64,000 nucleotides of DNA from Octopus sinensis (lineage: Eukaryota). Under the pieces are notes generated by a model. It worked only from the letters and a program-made list of their open reading frames with translations. It ran no database searches and was not told the origin of the DNA. Location of the stretch: contig NC_043002.1 in NCBI RefSeq assembly GCF_006345805.1, positions 72,044,001 through 72,108,000 of the forward strand, in the 5' to 3' direction. Positions 26,593 through 39,373 of the stretch are shown piece by piece; position 1 is the stretch's first letter; each line of letters opens with the position of its first letter. The translations under genes and the position numbers were made by a program.

Positions 26593-27568
26593 TATACATA
26601 CATATATATACACATACTTATATATGTATATATATGTATATATTTGTTGTGTGTGTGCAGGTCTAAAGTTTGTGGCTTAACAGGTCTAAAGTTTGACATC
26701 CCTGTCAACACTATTTTTGTTTAAGACTAAACTATATGTATGTATGTCTATGCGTCACATATAAATATATACATATATTTATATATGCACATATATATAT
26801 GTATTTATTTTCATATACGATGTATGCATACATATACATTTACATAAATTCGTACATACATAAGCATACTTACTCACACATATGCGTGTGTACGTACTTA
26901 GATATAAATATATTTTTCTGCATTTATTTTTGTGTGCGTGTCTTTTGTGTGCGTTTCATATATGTGTGAGAGAGAGAGAGAGAGAGAGAGGGGGGAGTGT
27001 ATGTACACGCTATGTCTTTCTCATTTCAAATTGGAAAATCGTTTTATGATATTTTCCTCGAAGGAGGCAAAAATAGTAGATTTTTTTGCTGCAAAAGAAG
27101 ACAATATTTATTTCTTAACTCGTGCGCACCAGTTACATGGTTATTCCTGGCGTCTATTCAAGAATCTAGTAGACTCTGGTCATCGGTTGCTTCATGGAAT
27201 TAGAAAATTTCATGTTTGTCTTTTTATAATATTGATGTTAAAAATATTCTGGATGTTACAATTATTGACGAAGGGCAATTTTTATCATTCTTTTTTTTTT
27301 TTTGTTAATTTATGCTTTTACTTTTTGCCTTATATATTTTTCATTCCTTTTACTCTATAATTTTAGTTGTTGCTTATTATCCTTAAGCTCTTTTTTAATG
27401 CCTTTCGTTTTTATCAACTGTCTATCGATTTACACGGTTCTATTAGTTTCTCTTCATGCCTTTTTCTCTCTTGTCTTTCTCCAGCATCCTTTTTACATTT
27501 CTCTATCAATCTCTCTCATTCTCTCTACGTGCCCTACATCTCTCTCCCTGCCCTTTTTCCTATCCCTC

Positions 27569-27608
<40 letters not shown>

Positions 27609-27861
27609 ATATATATATATATATATATATAAACATATGTATATATATATATATATAAACATGTGCATATATATGTACACACAGGTATATATAAACATAT
27701 GTATATATGTATATAAATGTATATATATATATATATATATATAAATGTATGTATATATATATATATACATATATACATACATACATGCATGCATACATAC
27801 ATGCATGCATACATGCATACATGCATACATGCATACATACATACATACATACATACATACA

Positions 27862-27892
<31 letters not shown>

Positions 27893-28686
27893 GTTTCCTT
27901 TTCTGTCTTCTGTGATTCTCTTCCGTATGTCGATTCGTTCATTTTCATATTTTTGCTGATGTACTTATTTGTAAATAGCTATTTATAGAGGTGAAGTACT
28001 TGTGTATATAAATTAATTTTCAAATACATGTATATTATTAGATATATACATACTTATGTACACACATACACACGTGTCTCTATGCGTATGTATATGTGTG
28101 TCCATATATCTATATACACACAGCATACATATATACGTCTGTGTATATGTGTGTGTGTGTGTCAGAAAAGTAACGTTCAATTGATGGATGAATAGAATTG
28201 TATATAAACATCTATATAATTCTCTATGTACCTAAATCCCCAGTTATGTAGCTTGATAAATAAATAAATAAATAATTAAGTAAATGAATACACGTATACA
28301 TACATAAATAACGACATACATACAAACATACATACATAAATATATACATACATTCATACATACATACATACATACATACATACATACATACATACATACA
28401 TACATACATACATACACTTTTATGGAGGTCTGCTACCCAGAGGATGTGGAATGTCACCACCTGTAAATATTATTTTAATTTTCTATTATCAAGGAGTGAG
28501 TTTCAGAAGAGCGATACTAGAATACCTAGCAGTTGAAGGACGCTGTTTCGCAGCCTTTGCAACAAAGCACCAAAGCACAGCTTCCTAAAATATCACACAG
28601 GGCATGGCACCGCATCATTTTGTGCCACAAAAATAGTCGCGTTCATACAGACCGTCTCGATGCGTGACAGTGTCAGTGTCAATGAC

Positions 28687-29235
28687 AGTTCGTGCCGATT
28701 TTTAAAGGAAAGAAAAAGGTCAATAAATACTTGCCAATACATTTTAATCAACCAGATATGAACCATTTTGTTGCGCAATGCGTCTCCATATTTCCTTTAA
28801 CACGAAAATACCCTCTAACCAGAATTGAGGTGGTTTCATGGCAAAGGATTCATCAAGGTATCGTTTTACGTCATCCAAGGAATTGAAATGTTTACCATCA
28901 AGACTATTCTGCAGAGACCTGAATAAGTGGTAATCCGAACGAGCAATATCTAGTGAATATGGAAAGTGGGGTAACACATTTCAGCCGAGCTGCAGCAATT
29001 TTTGTCTGGTTCCCAAAGCATCAAGTGCCGAAATGAATTTTCTTATCTTCCATTTTAAAGGGTTACAGAATTAACACAGGTTATAGGAACATAAACCTTC
29101 TTCCACGAAAAGATAGCTTAAACTGTGCTCTAAATGGAGGTGTAGTCAAATCCTATTTCATGGACTCAACCATGTTCTAAAATAAGTTGAAATGTAAGCT
29201 ACTATAAATCGGCACGAACTTTCCGGACAACCCAG
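28687..29235 (-). mobile_element. Internally deleted mariner, same family as 11525-12079
   Basis: ORF 28744-28977 PYSLDIARSDYHLFRSLQNSLDGKHFNSLDDVKR, with TIR remnants at both ends. Confidence 0.9.
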
Positions 29236-30121
29236 TAAAACATCTACATATCTTTGATGTTATTATATTGTTCCTCTATTGTTCTTATTACTTTTCGGTA
29301 AGGAGTGACGAGACCTTTGGACCACCCTATGCAATCAAAAGTCCAAGAAAACTAGAACATATATGGCGAATTAATGCGGAACCTACAGCTCTTGTACCCT
29401 GACGAAGAATTCTTATTTGTACTTATCATCATAGCTGCAAATTTACAAACACCAGGAACTCTTTAAACTCAAAAAGTTCTGTAATTTCTCCTCCCATGAA
29501 GTTAACTTACACTAATCCATGAATATATGCAAGTATGCATGTATATATGTGTGTGTGTGTGTGTATGTAATTAATAATGTAAGAAAATGGTGAGTTAAAA
29601 ATGTACAGTTAATTTATTTACATTATAGATTTCTTTTTAAGGTATAAATACAAATAAGTTTATAACACAATAGTAGGCTCAAAAACCTACATATGTTTCG
29701 ATTCTAGCCCCTTGGTAATGCATAATTCAAAATATTTGGGTTAAATTCAATGTTAAGAATTTAATCTGTGAGGAGTAGAATCTCTTAGGGATTTTGTTTT
29801 AATAATAACGAAGGTTACAACTTACTTGTACGAATTCAAATTCATAACTAAAGAAGTTTAAGATGCTATTTCATATATTTAGTGCGTATGTATTTCGTGA
29901 GGAAATAAATCTATTACGTAAAAGTAAATATAAAATAAAATAAAATATAATAAACTTATTTTTAAAATATATATAAATGAATAATATGAACATTTCAAAT
30001 ATTGTTATAATTTTTATAGAAAAATGATTATGTAATAACAATAAATTAAATAAATAAATATATTTATAAATATGTGTATGTGTACGTATATATATGTGTG
30101 TGTATTTGCGTGTGTACTTAC

Positions 30122-30169
<48 letters not shown>

Positions 30170-30242
30170 TGTTTTACTCTTTATCTTATATTAAACTTTT
30201 AATACTTTTTGATAGTTATATATATTCAAAAAAAAAAAAAAT

Positions 30243-30307
<65 letters not shown>

Positions 30308-30601
30308 TATTTATAAGTATAAATTATTAATTTAAATAATTTTTTAAATTTTAACTTTAAATTTAAATAATTTTAATTTTGAATTTTATATTTTATATAT
30401 TTTTTATTAATTAACTTTATTTCTATGTATTGGTTTATGATTTTCACTGTTTGATTTGCCTAATAGTGGTTTTATCTCTAATTTAATATATATATATATA
30501 TACGTACAGCAAAATTTAGATTCAAGTGAATATGGTACTTAAGTGAGATGCACCAGAATTTTGTACGTTGTTATCCATATAAATCCATGGGATGATTATA
30601 A

Positions 30602-30814
30602 TCAAAGTAAGCAACAAGAATATCTTCGGTAATTTGGTACGATCGTTTCACGCTACATCATTTTATTAAACATTGTAAGTATTACATCAGTTTTAAAATG
30701 TTGATCAATTGGTCAACATTTTAAAACTGATGTAATACTTACAATGTTTAATAAAATGATGTAGCGTAAACGATCGTACCAAATTACTGAAGATATTCTT
30801 GTTACTTACTTTGA
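30602..30814. repeat. Spacer-less palindrome of about 107-bp arms next to (TA)n
   Basis: Centred on CAA|TTG at 30708/30709. TCAAAGTAAGCAACAAGAATATCTTCGG... mirrors ...CTGAAGATATTCTTGTTACTTACTTTGA. Confidence 0.9.
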
Positions 30815-30823
30815 ATATATAAA

Positions 30824-30867
<44 letters not shown>

Positions 30868-31334
30868 TATATATATATGTTACACGTACGTGTGTACGAA
30901 CGAAAATACGGATTGCAAATATGTTACACGGTCTGGTGAACACACATTAAATGAATGTCAAACGCATTCAAATGTACACCCGCATTTATTCATATATTAA
31001 CTTACCCTCACACGTTCGCAGATCCCTGGATTTGTTCTTGACTCAGAAAATAAAAAGAAATATTGTCATTTTGTCAGTGACCAGTTAAATTTTTGAGAAG
31101 AACCTTTTTAAAATTCTGAGAGAAAATATCCATATTTTATTTGTTTTGGGCCTCTGCTCTCGAATAATGGCCACATTGCTTAAAATATCTTTTTAAGACT
31201 GTTGATTATTTGAATGTTTTAGAGAACTACACTACCTTTACAACAACACTAAGCACGTGATCGACAGTACTTGGACCAGTATTACACAACAAAAATAATT
31301 ATGCGTATATCACATTTAATATCAACAAGTAACA

Positions 31335-31695
31335 GGAATGACTGAGTGTTTAAGAAGCTCATTCTACGGCTATGTGGTTTCAAGTTCAGTCCCACTGTGT
31401 GGCACCTTGGGCAAGTGTCTTCTACGATAGCCCTGAATCGGCTAATGCTATATCTGGGTGAATTCGGTAGCTGTGTGTGTCTGTGTATGTGTCTTCGTGT
31501 TAGCGTTGTCCCTCGCCCCACCGCCTGACAACCTATTTTGGTTTCTTTACATCCTGTGACTGTTCGGCAAAAAGACCTCATAGAAAAAGTACCAGACTTA
31601 GAAAAAAAAACTAAGTACTAGGATTGATTTCTTCGACTAAACCCTTCAAGGCACTGCACCAACGTGGTAGAATCAAGTGACTGAAATAAATAAGG
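31335..31695 (+). mobile_element. SINE family A (diverged)
   Basis: TTCAAGTTCAGTCCCACTGTGTGGCACCTTGGGCAAGTGTCTTCTAC...AAGTGACTGAAATAAA. Confidence 0.8.
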
Positions 31696-31699
31696 AACA

Positions 31700-31895
31700 A
31701 AAGATAAAATTGTCTGAAGACTGCCAGAAGAGCAAATATCGAAAACAGCGGCACGAAGGGAAGAAGACCCAAGGAAACATAGTGCATCTCCTTCAACGAA
31801 GAACTGAAGCAGTTGAGTATCAGCTGGGACGATGCGGGCGACTATATTCAAAACTGGAGATGTTTTGCGGCACGATGTCCATGTGAAGGAAAAGA
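31700..31895 (+). pseudogene. RTE LINE 3' fragment
   Basis: EELKQLSISWDDAG...QNWRCFAARCPC, similar to RTE ORF2 ends. Confidence 0.5.
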
Positions 31896-31919
31896 GAAAT
31901 AGAAATCGACTTAATCCCT

Positions 31920-31983
31920 TAGTCTGTCCTTGTTTGTCCCTTCTATGTTTAGCCCCTTGTGGGCAATAATGAAATAAGAAATA
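31920..31983 (+). mobile_element. Isolated 3' end of a Tx1-like retroelement
   Basis: GTTTAGCCCCTTGTGGGCAATAATGAAATAAGAAATA has a GCCC/GGGC stem-loop and a GAAATA tail, like the 3' end of the element at 39374. Confidence 0.55.
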
Positions 31984-32021
31984 TAGATGTCGCTTATCAA
32001 GTTATCACTGGTGTTCTATAC

Positions 32022-34423
32022 CAGTGGTTCCCAACCTTTTATTTTTATGCCGTTTTATTTTCACACTAAAATACTTAATGAAAAGACAAAATAGTCTATT
32101 TACACCTCGAAATTTATTTTAGCAAACAAGAGATAAAATTTTAAATTTATGTTAGTAAACAAAGATAAACACAAGATCTCAAAATCCTTTTTCATAAAGT
32201 CGTTCTTTTTTAGACCGTTCAGCTTGTGACTAGCTTGATATTGGTGTTTCTGACACAAGATATCAAAATCATTTTTCATAAAGTCGTTCATTTTTAGTCC
32301 ATTCAGCTGGTGACTAGCTTGATATTGGTGTTTCTGACACAAGATATCATAATCAATTTTCATGAACTCATTTAGCTTTAGTCTGATAGTTCCTCTGCTG
32401 TTGACAATTTTTTTTTCTTTTTCTACTTAAAATATCTACAACAGATGAAAATGCAGATTCCACCATGCATCTGGTAGGAAAAGAAATTATGCTTGCTTCT
32501 ACATGTCGAAAAATATTTGGGTGTGATTCTTTTATCGATATGTAGGTAAATACACCTTCTTTTTCAACTCTTTTTCTCAGTTTCATATTCTCTTCCAAAT
32601 CTAACAACATTTCAGCCAACACAAAATTTTCATCTTCTGGCTCATAATTTTCTAGGTCTACAAACCAGAGTGGATAATCCATCTTTAATAAATCATTGTA
32701 TCTTCTTTCAAAGTCTACATGAAGACCTTCAATAATAGCAATGCATGCAGCAATGCCTTCTGATGTAGTAACAGTGGTGTTAAAATCTTAAAATGATGCC
32801 AAATTTATTTATTCAAACTAATTTTTCCAAAATTTTAATTTTCCCATATACCATTTTATCTTCTGAGGTCAGGTGACCAAATCTGATTTTCTACCTAAGT
32901 TAAGTAGATTCACTGTTTTAAAAATATCACTCAAGCAGAATATTTTGGATTTAAACTCCGAAAGTCTTTCCAAAATTTTCTTAGCAGTATCAGCTTGCTT
33001 TTTGGTGTTGTAATGAGTCATCTGACTCTTGAACATGAAAAAGTTGATTAATGGTTCCCACAAATTCACAAGTCTTTCAAGGCTCAGGCCTTTTGACAAC
33101 CATCTTACTTCTGTGTGAAGCAATAGGGTTTTAAACTCTTCATCTTCACAGAATTGTATAAAAAATCTTATTATTCACTGAGTTTGATTTGACAAAGTTA
33201 ATTGCATGTATGGCAGTGTTGAGTGCTTCTTCCATGTGTCCTCCAATATTCTTAGCAACCAAATGCTGTCTGTGGATAATGCAATGTATATGAAAAATGT
33301 GAAAAGCAATTAATTTCATTCTAGAAGCAAAGCCTTTCACTTTTCCAGTCATGGCTGCAGCTCCATCTGATGCAATGTTGATCAAATTAGTCAATGGAAT
33401 ATTTTTTTCATCAAAATACTACATTACATCATTGAATATATCTTCTCCATTAGTAGTTTCAGACAAACTTTTAATGAATAACATTTCTTCCTTTATATCA
33501 TCTTCATGGATGAATCTGACATAGACCAGAATGATAGCTTGGTTATGAATTGTGTTCTCATCAACCTGGATAGAAAAATGTGTCTGGAAAATTTCCACAA
33601 TCTTCTCCTCAACAAAATTAGACATTTCATCCTGTCTTCTTGTAACTGTGTTATTTGAAAGTAGAATTGTACTCAGAGTAGATGCAGCATCTTTTCCCAG
33701 AACCTCTTTTGCACAAGCTATCATAGCAGGCTTGACAAGTTTCTCACCATAAATCTGAGGTGCTGCAACCTTGGCAATAATTTCAGAGACCAAATAACTT
33801 GGTTTGAGTGTCTTTGCTTTTTCAGTATTGATCTTTACAAAGCCGGGTAGTTTGATTGGCTGTATTTTCTTTTTATTCTCAAAACGTTCCCCTACCTTTA
33901 CCAACAGATGACGGATGCCTTAATTTCTGATGCTGATTTGTCATGATGGCATCACATTCAAGATACATAGGTTTTGAGTCTACAGATACAAAACCAAACA
34001 TGATAAAATCTTCTTTGTAGTTCCTCAGTTTTGCCTTCTTAACAGTTGTTTCAGACATTATTACAACTGATCTTTAAAAAATATAAATGATAAATACTTT
34101 ATTTTTATAAAATAATAAATACTTTATTTCTATAAATTAAAAGTATCAAATATATTATTAAACAATATTATGTAGCGAAATATTAAAAATATCAAAATTT
34201 ATTATGAAACTGTTGTGATTGTAAAATTTAAATTAGGTAATTCTTAATTGTAATATATTATTTTGTTTTCTTATTATTATTGTCTTCTTATAAATTATTA
34301 TTAGCTAACAGTGTTTTTATTATCGAACAATATTGTGTAGATCTGAAATGGCTTCAAATTTTTATGGCTACAAATTCTCTGGGGACCACCACTGGGCCTC
34401 AGGGACCACGCTGGGAATCACTG
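32022..34423 (-). mobile_element. Full-length hAT (Buster/Charlie-like) DNA transposon
   Basis: Termini CAGTGGTTCCCAAC and GCTGGGAATCACTG. Identical 8-bp TSD TTCTATAC at 32014-32021 and 34424-34431, with central TA as in Buster-type targets. Confidence 0.95.
32300..34058 (-). pseudogene. hAT transposase pseudogene (frameshifts and stops)
   Basis: MSETTVKKAK...KPMYLEC, FSIQVDE, IASDGAAAMTG, HCIIHRQHL, LLHTEVRWLSKG, FPTRCMVESAFS. Confidence 0.93.
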
Positions 34424-35126
34424 TTCTATACTGTTGAACGATTATGCAGAGAACCTTATCGAAGTTGTAGTTGTTTACATCGTTGTTATTTCTTGACTCA
34501 CTGCACGAAGGAATACTAATCAATATCAAGAAGTATTTTTATCCACTTATCTGAATTGAGAAATTGCACTGCATTTCAATAATAATTATTTGTAATAATG
34601 GGTCAAGGCCACAAAATTTGTATAGAAGAATATAGCTATCTGTGCATGTCCGGTTATCAATTTTTTATCGACTCTGGTGGCGGTGGTAATGTGTTAAATA
34701 TGGAAAGTTACTTAATACAGTTTCCTGTAATTTCTGCCTGCTCAGACATGAATGATATCAACATCACGCCTTTATGCACATTACTTAATAAACATTATGT
34801 CAAATTATAATCACTCAGTCACGTGTTTCGATCAATTCTATTTCATTTGCTTTGCGGATCCATGTGTAGATATTTGTCGCAATCTCCCAGTGGTCCTTCA
34901 ATTATCTTTCCATAAAATCATTTCTGTGTAATGTCTCAGTCTCTTTCTTAAAGTTGCATGTTTATACATGATGTATAAGGCTAAAAAGACAGAAGGTTCT
35001 ATATATGTATGTATACGTTTTGGCTGATTTCATACTGTACATATACATATATATATGCATGTAAATATGTATATATAAGCAAATATAAATAGTATATATA
35101 TATGTTAAAAACATATATATGTATGC

Positions 35127-35228
<102 letters not shown>

Positions 35229-35983
35229 TATACCAATTAAGGACTGAACACGAAAAAGTGGACGGTCAACATGCTAGATATAGACGTCAAATCGCCATTC
35301 TCCACAAAGATTATGTTCTCAAATAAAATAATTCAGCACGACCCAAAAGCATGTTGACTGTTCACTTTTTCGTGTTCAGTCCTTAATTGGTATATATAAA
35401 TATTTTAATCTTCGGATTCTTTTTAATATGCTAGACCACTGGTTTTAATTGACTAATATCAATTTTTACCCTTAATTTTTAAATATGAAATATATGTTCT
35501 TAAACCGATAAATTGACTGCTGCTAATTATTAGCTGCATGCTGGTTTTTCGAGTCTCAGCGCGCCAAAAGTAAAGGCATTTGAAAGATACATTCGAACTT
35601 AATCGGTTGTACTTTTTGCATACGAGACTCCGGTATCGTTTTTCATCTAGTACAGCAAATTATTTTCATAACAAACTGTGCTGACGAAGTTACAGATATC
35701 CTTGTGATATTAATAACTGAAACCGTTCGGTACACAGGTGATTATTCCATTTCGTATATTTCTTTTGTCTTATCTATTGCTTTGGGTCGTGCTGAATTTT
35801 ATTTTATTTGAGAACATAATCTTTGTGGAGAATGGCGATTTGACGTCTATATCTAGCATGTTGACTGTCCACTTTTTCGTGTTCAGTCCTTAATTGGTAT
35901 ATATATAAATATTTTAATCTTCGGATTCTTTTTAATATGCTAGACCACTGGTTTTAATTGACTAATATCAATTTTTACCCTTA

Positions 35984-35987
<4 letters not shown>
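35229..35987 (+). mobile_element. Penelope-type pseudo-LTR unit: direct repeat plus inverted 5' copy, inserted in (TA)n
   Basis: About 130-bp direct repeats at 35349-35478 and 35856-35987. 35229-35350 is the reverse complement of about 35780-35903. No ORF; contains a hammerhead. Confidence 0.8.
35676..35737 (+). ncRNA. Canonical type I hammerhead ribozyme
   Basis: CTGTG-CTGACGA-AGTTA[cagATATCcttgtGATATtaa]TAACT-GAA-ACC-GTTC-GGT-A^-CACAG. All core nucleotides and three perfect stems are present. Predicted cleavage after 35732. Confidence 0.9.
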
Positions 35988-36021
<34 letters not shown>

Positions 36022-36111
36022 TTGAATATATGAATACATGTATAAATGTATGTATGGATTGAGGGATGGATGGATAGATGAATAAAAACAACGATATTCA
36101 CAATCGCGAAC

Positions 36112-36550
36112 TGAGGCACAGGCGTGGTTGTGGTAAGACGGTTGTTTCCCAACCGCATGGTTCCAGGTTCAGTCCCACTGTGTGGATCCTTGGGCAAGTA
36201 TTTTCTACTATAGCGTCGGGTCGATCAAAGTCTTATGAGTAGATTTGGTAGGTGAATACTGAAAGAAGCCCGTCGTATGTGATTGTGTGTTTGTGTGTGT
36301 ATGTGTGTGTGTTTGTGTGTTTGTGTGTAAGTGTGTGTTTGTGGGTGTCTTTTTGTCTGTGTTTGTCCCCCAACCCCCACTTAACAACCGGTGTTCGTGT
36401 GTTTACCCCACCCCCGTAACTTAGAGACTGGTAGAATAAGTACCAGGCCTGAAGAAAATAAGTGCTGCGGCCGATTCTTTCGACTACAAATTCTTCAAGG
36501 AAGTGCTCCAACATGGGCGCAGTCAAATGACCGAAACAAGTTAACGATAA
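36112..36550 (+). mobile_element. SINE family A
   Basis: GGCGTGGTTGTGGTAAG...GGTTCCAGGTTCAGTCCCACTG...CAAATGACCGAAACAAG. Confidence 0.82.
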
Positions 36551-37242
36551 AAGATCAGAGAGAAATTAGTACAACAGTTGTTTTCACAATTGGTAAATTA
36601 CATTCAGAGTGGAATCTCTCATCATCTCTGGTACTGCGATTCTCTATTCCAGAGAACTTTTGTTTCTGAAGCAGTGTAAGCTGACAGTTCCCTTACCCGG
36701 TACAAAAGATGCCTTCTTTCTTTATGGGAAGCCTAACAGTATATATCTTGGTATTATAAATTGTTATGTCGCACGTTCGGATGCCTTCTACTACTCAACT
36801 CGACTCTGCTCTCCTACTTCGACTGCTACTCAACTGTGCTCTCACCGCTACTCTGACTGCTACTCTTCTGTGCTCTGGATGTCTAGGCTTCTCCCTCTAT
36901 ATCTACGTATTGGGCTAGCCTACTTCATCGTCAGGGGGTGTCCACACAACATAAATAATTCTTCATACTGCGTAATATGAAACGCTTCAAAACAACCCTA
37001 CCAGCTATTTTCTCGGGGTACAAATTTCTTTTATTTTCTTTCTTTACTTTTTTTTGGACATAAAATAAACGATGAAAATCTGGATATTTTCGATCTTCCC
37101 CATTTTGGGGATAAAACTTTATATGCAGCATTGTAAATCACTGTGTTTTTCTTTTTGGGTTTACTTTTATTTTCCCATTAAAACATAGTATTACGTGACG
37201 CAAGTATTGTAATGATTAAAACAAATACCCTATTTTAATTCA

Positions 37243-37633
37243 GATTGGCTGTGTGGTAAGTAGCTTGCTTACGAACCATGTGGTTTCAGGTTCAGTCCCA
37301 CTGAGTGGCACCTTGGGCAAGTGTCTTCTACTATAGCATCGGGCCGAGCAAAGCCTTGTGAGTGGATTTGGTAGACGGAAACTGAAAGAAGCCCGTCGTA
37401 TATATGTATATATATATGTGTGTGTGTTTGTGCGTCTGTGTTTGTCCCCCCAACATCGCTTGACAACCGATGCTGGTGTGTTTATGTCCCCGTAACTTAG
37501 CGGTTCTGCAAAAGAGACCGAAAGAATAAGTACTAGGCTTACAAAGAATAAGTCCTGGGGTCGATTTGTTCGACTAAAGGCGGGGCTCCAGCATGGTCAC
37601 AGCCAAATGACTAAAACAAGTAAAAGAATAAAG
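37243..37633 (+). mobile_element. SINE family A with an intact unoccupied target AAGTAGCTTGCTTAC
   Basis: GGCTGTGTGGTAAGTAGCTTGCTTACGAACCATGTGGTTTCAGGTTCAGTCCC...ACAAGTAAAAGAATAAAAG. Confidence 0.9.
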
Positions 37634-37635
37634 AG

Positions 37636-37729
<94 letters not shown>

Positions 37730-38528
37730 CAGCAATAAGAAAATATATGGGATCAAGAGGTGGTATTCATCAACTTTAAGGCATTATATTATGTCTATTT
37801 ATTATTTTAAAACCATCATAACAATATACATACATATATAACATGACAGAACATGTGCAGCAATAGATTGAGAGATTAATCGATAAAGTCATTTAGTAAT
37901 GCAAACGTATATAAGAAATCCTATAAATTAATAAGGACACGGCAATAACAAATATGAACCTTCTAAACACCAAAGAGAATATATTAAGCCCAATATAAAA
38001 TTAAGATTCAAACTGAACTGGTATCGGTCTGCTTTCAATTGGCAAGTTTACGCGTGCAAGTTTCTTTTTCCACGCTCTACTGTTTTCCAAGTGTAAGTCA
38101 TTTTTTAATAAACAATTCAGCTTTGCATCAGTGTCGTTGTGGGCATTATTACTGTCATAGCATCAAAGGGGTATTCATGCAGCTAAATGCGTTTGGTCTA
38201 ATTTTCTGCCAATCTTCTAAACTGTACTGCCACGTTTTTCTTTTATATATATGTGTGTGTGTGTGTGTGGTTTTAGAGTCAAGTTTTGACTGCTATTTCC
38301 AACGTGGTTGTATCTCTTAGATACCCTAAATTATAATTTTAAATAATATATACCTTTGATAGGTTTTTATTCCCAATCATAGTGACAATCATAGTTGTCG
38401 ATGAAAAATAGGTTCCCTTCGCAAATACATATCCTTTTTCCAGTATCGTACAGACACTGATATCGAAAAAGTGTAAACAAGCAATAGTAAATCTTAGAGC
38501 GAGTTATAAACAGTAGCTGCAACACATC

Positions 38529-38932
38529 GTGACGTATATTTGCCATTTAAATATGGCTAACCCCTAAGGGTGGATGCTACTGTAGTTTGTAGCCCCAGGA
38601 GGACACCTCCTCCAGCTGGCTATAGACACACTTTCTGTGCCCTATCAGTATTTGCAAAGGGAAGCCATCTTTCCCGTCTTCAATTTATGATACACACGGA
38701 CTCGAGTTTCTGGGTATTGACCCGTCATCGGCGTGAGACAATCGTCAATACCCAGAAACTCGAGTCCGTGTGTATCATAAGTTGAAGACGAGAAGGATGG
38801 CTTCCCTTTGCAAATACTGATAGGGCACAGAAAGTGTGTCTATAGCCAGCTGGAGGAGGTGTCCTCCTGGGGCTACAAACTACAGTAGCATCCACCCTTA
38901 GGGGTTAGCCATATTTAAATGGCAAATATACG

Positions 38933-38936
<4 letters not shown>
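38529..38936. repeat. Foldback element: 193-bp inverted arms with a 22-bp spacer, abutting (TA)n
   Basis: 38529-38721 is the reverse complement of 38744-38936, with about 3 transition mismatches. Confidence 0.95.
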
Positions 38937-38978
<42 letters not shown>

Positions 38979-39373
38979 AATGAATGTTTTTATATATAAT
39001 GAACGTGAAATACAGGAAGGGACGAACACGGAACACAGACAAATCATTCGAAGCCTTCAATCTTCAGTCAGACACCGAATCATCATAGCAAATTTCGGCT
39101 GTTCAATTCTGATATTTGCTCCAACTCGGCCAGCCCCAAGAAAAAAAACTAAGCTGTAAGCATTAGATTTCTTGGTAGAAGACAGGAATGTGAACGCACA
39201 AGACGGATGTGAATACAAGAGATGAAAACGAAATTGAAAACAGTAATGAATAAACAAAATATATATAACGGTGGTTGTCATACGACTTTAGACCAAATGA
39301 GACAAAAACAACAACAACAACATAGCTGGCGTAGAAATAATTACCGTTTCGGTAGCGGGGACACATGTTGGTC

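Noticed and set aside
26932-27360. 142-aa ORF with a non-repetitive middle
   Set aside because: It starts in a microsatellite, ends in T-rich low complexity, and has no recognisable domain or clear splice pair.
38810-38850. CTGATAG...GAAAGTGTGTC in the foldback arm as a hammerhead
   Set aside because: The core order is wrong (UAG instead of UGA), and stems II and III do not form.
39045-39075. Minus-strand CTGAAGA...TTCGAATGATTTGTC as a hammerhead
   Set aside because: It lacks GAAA and a valid stem III.
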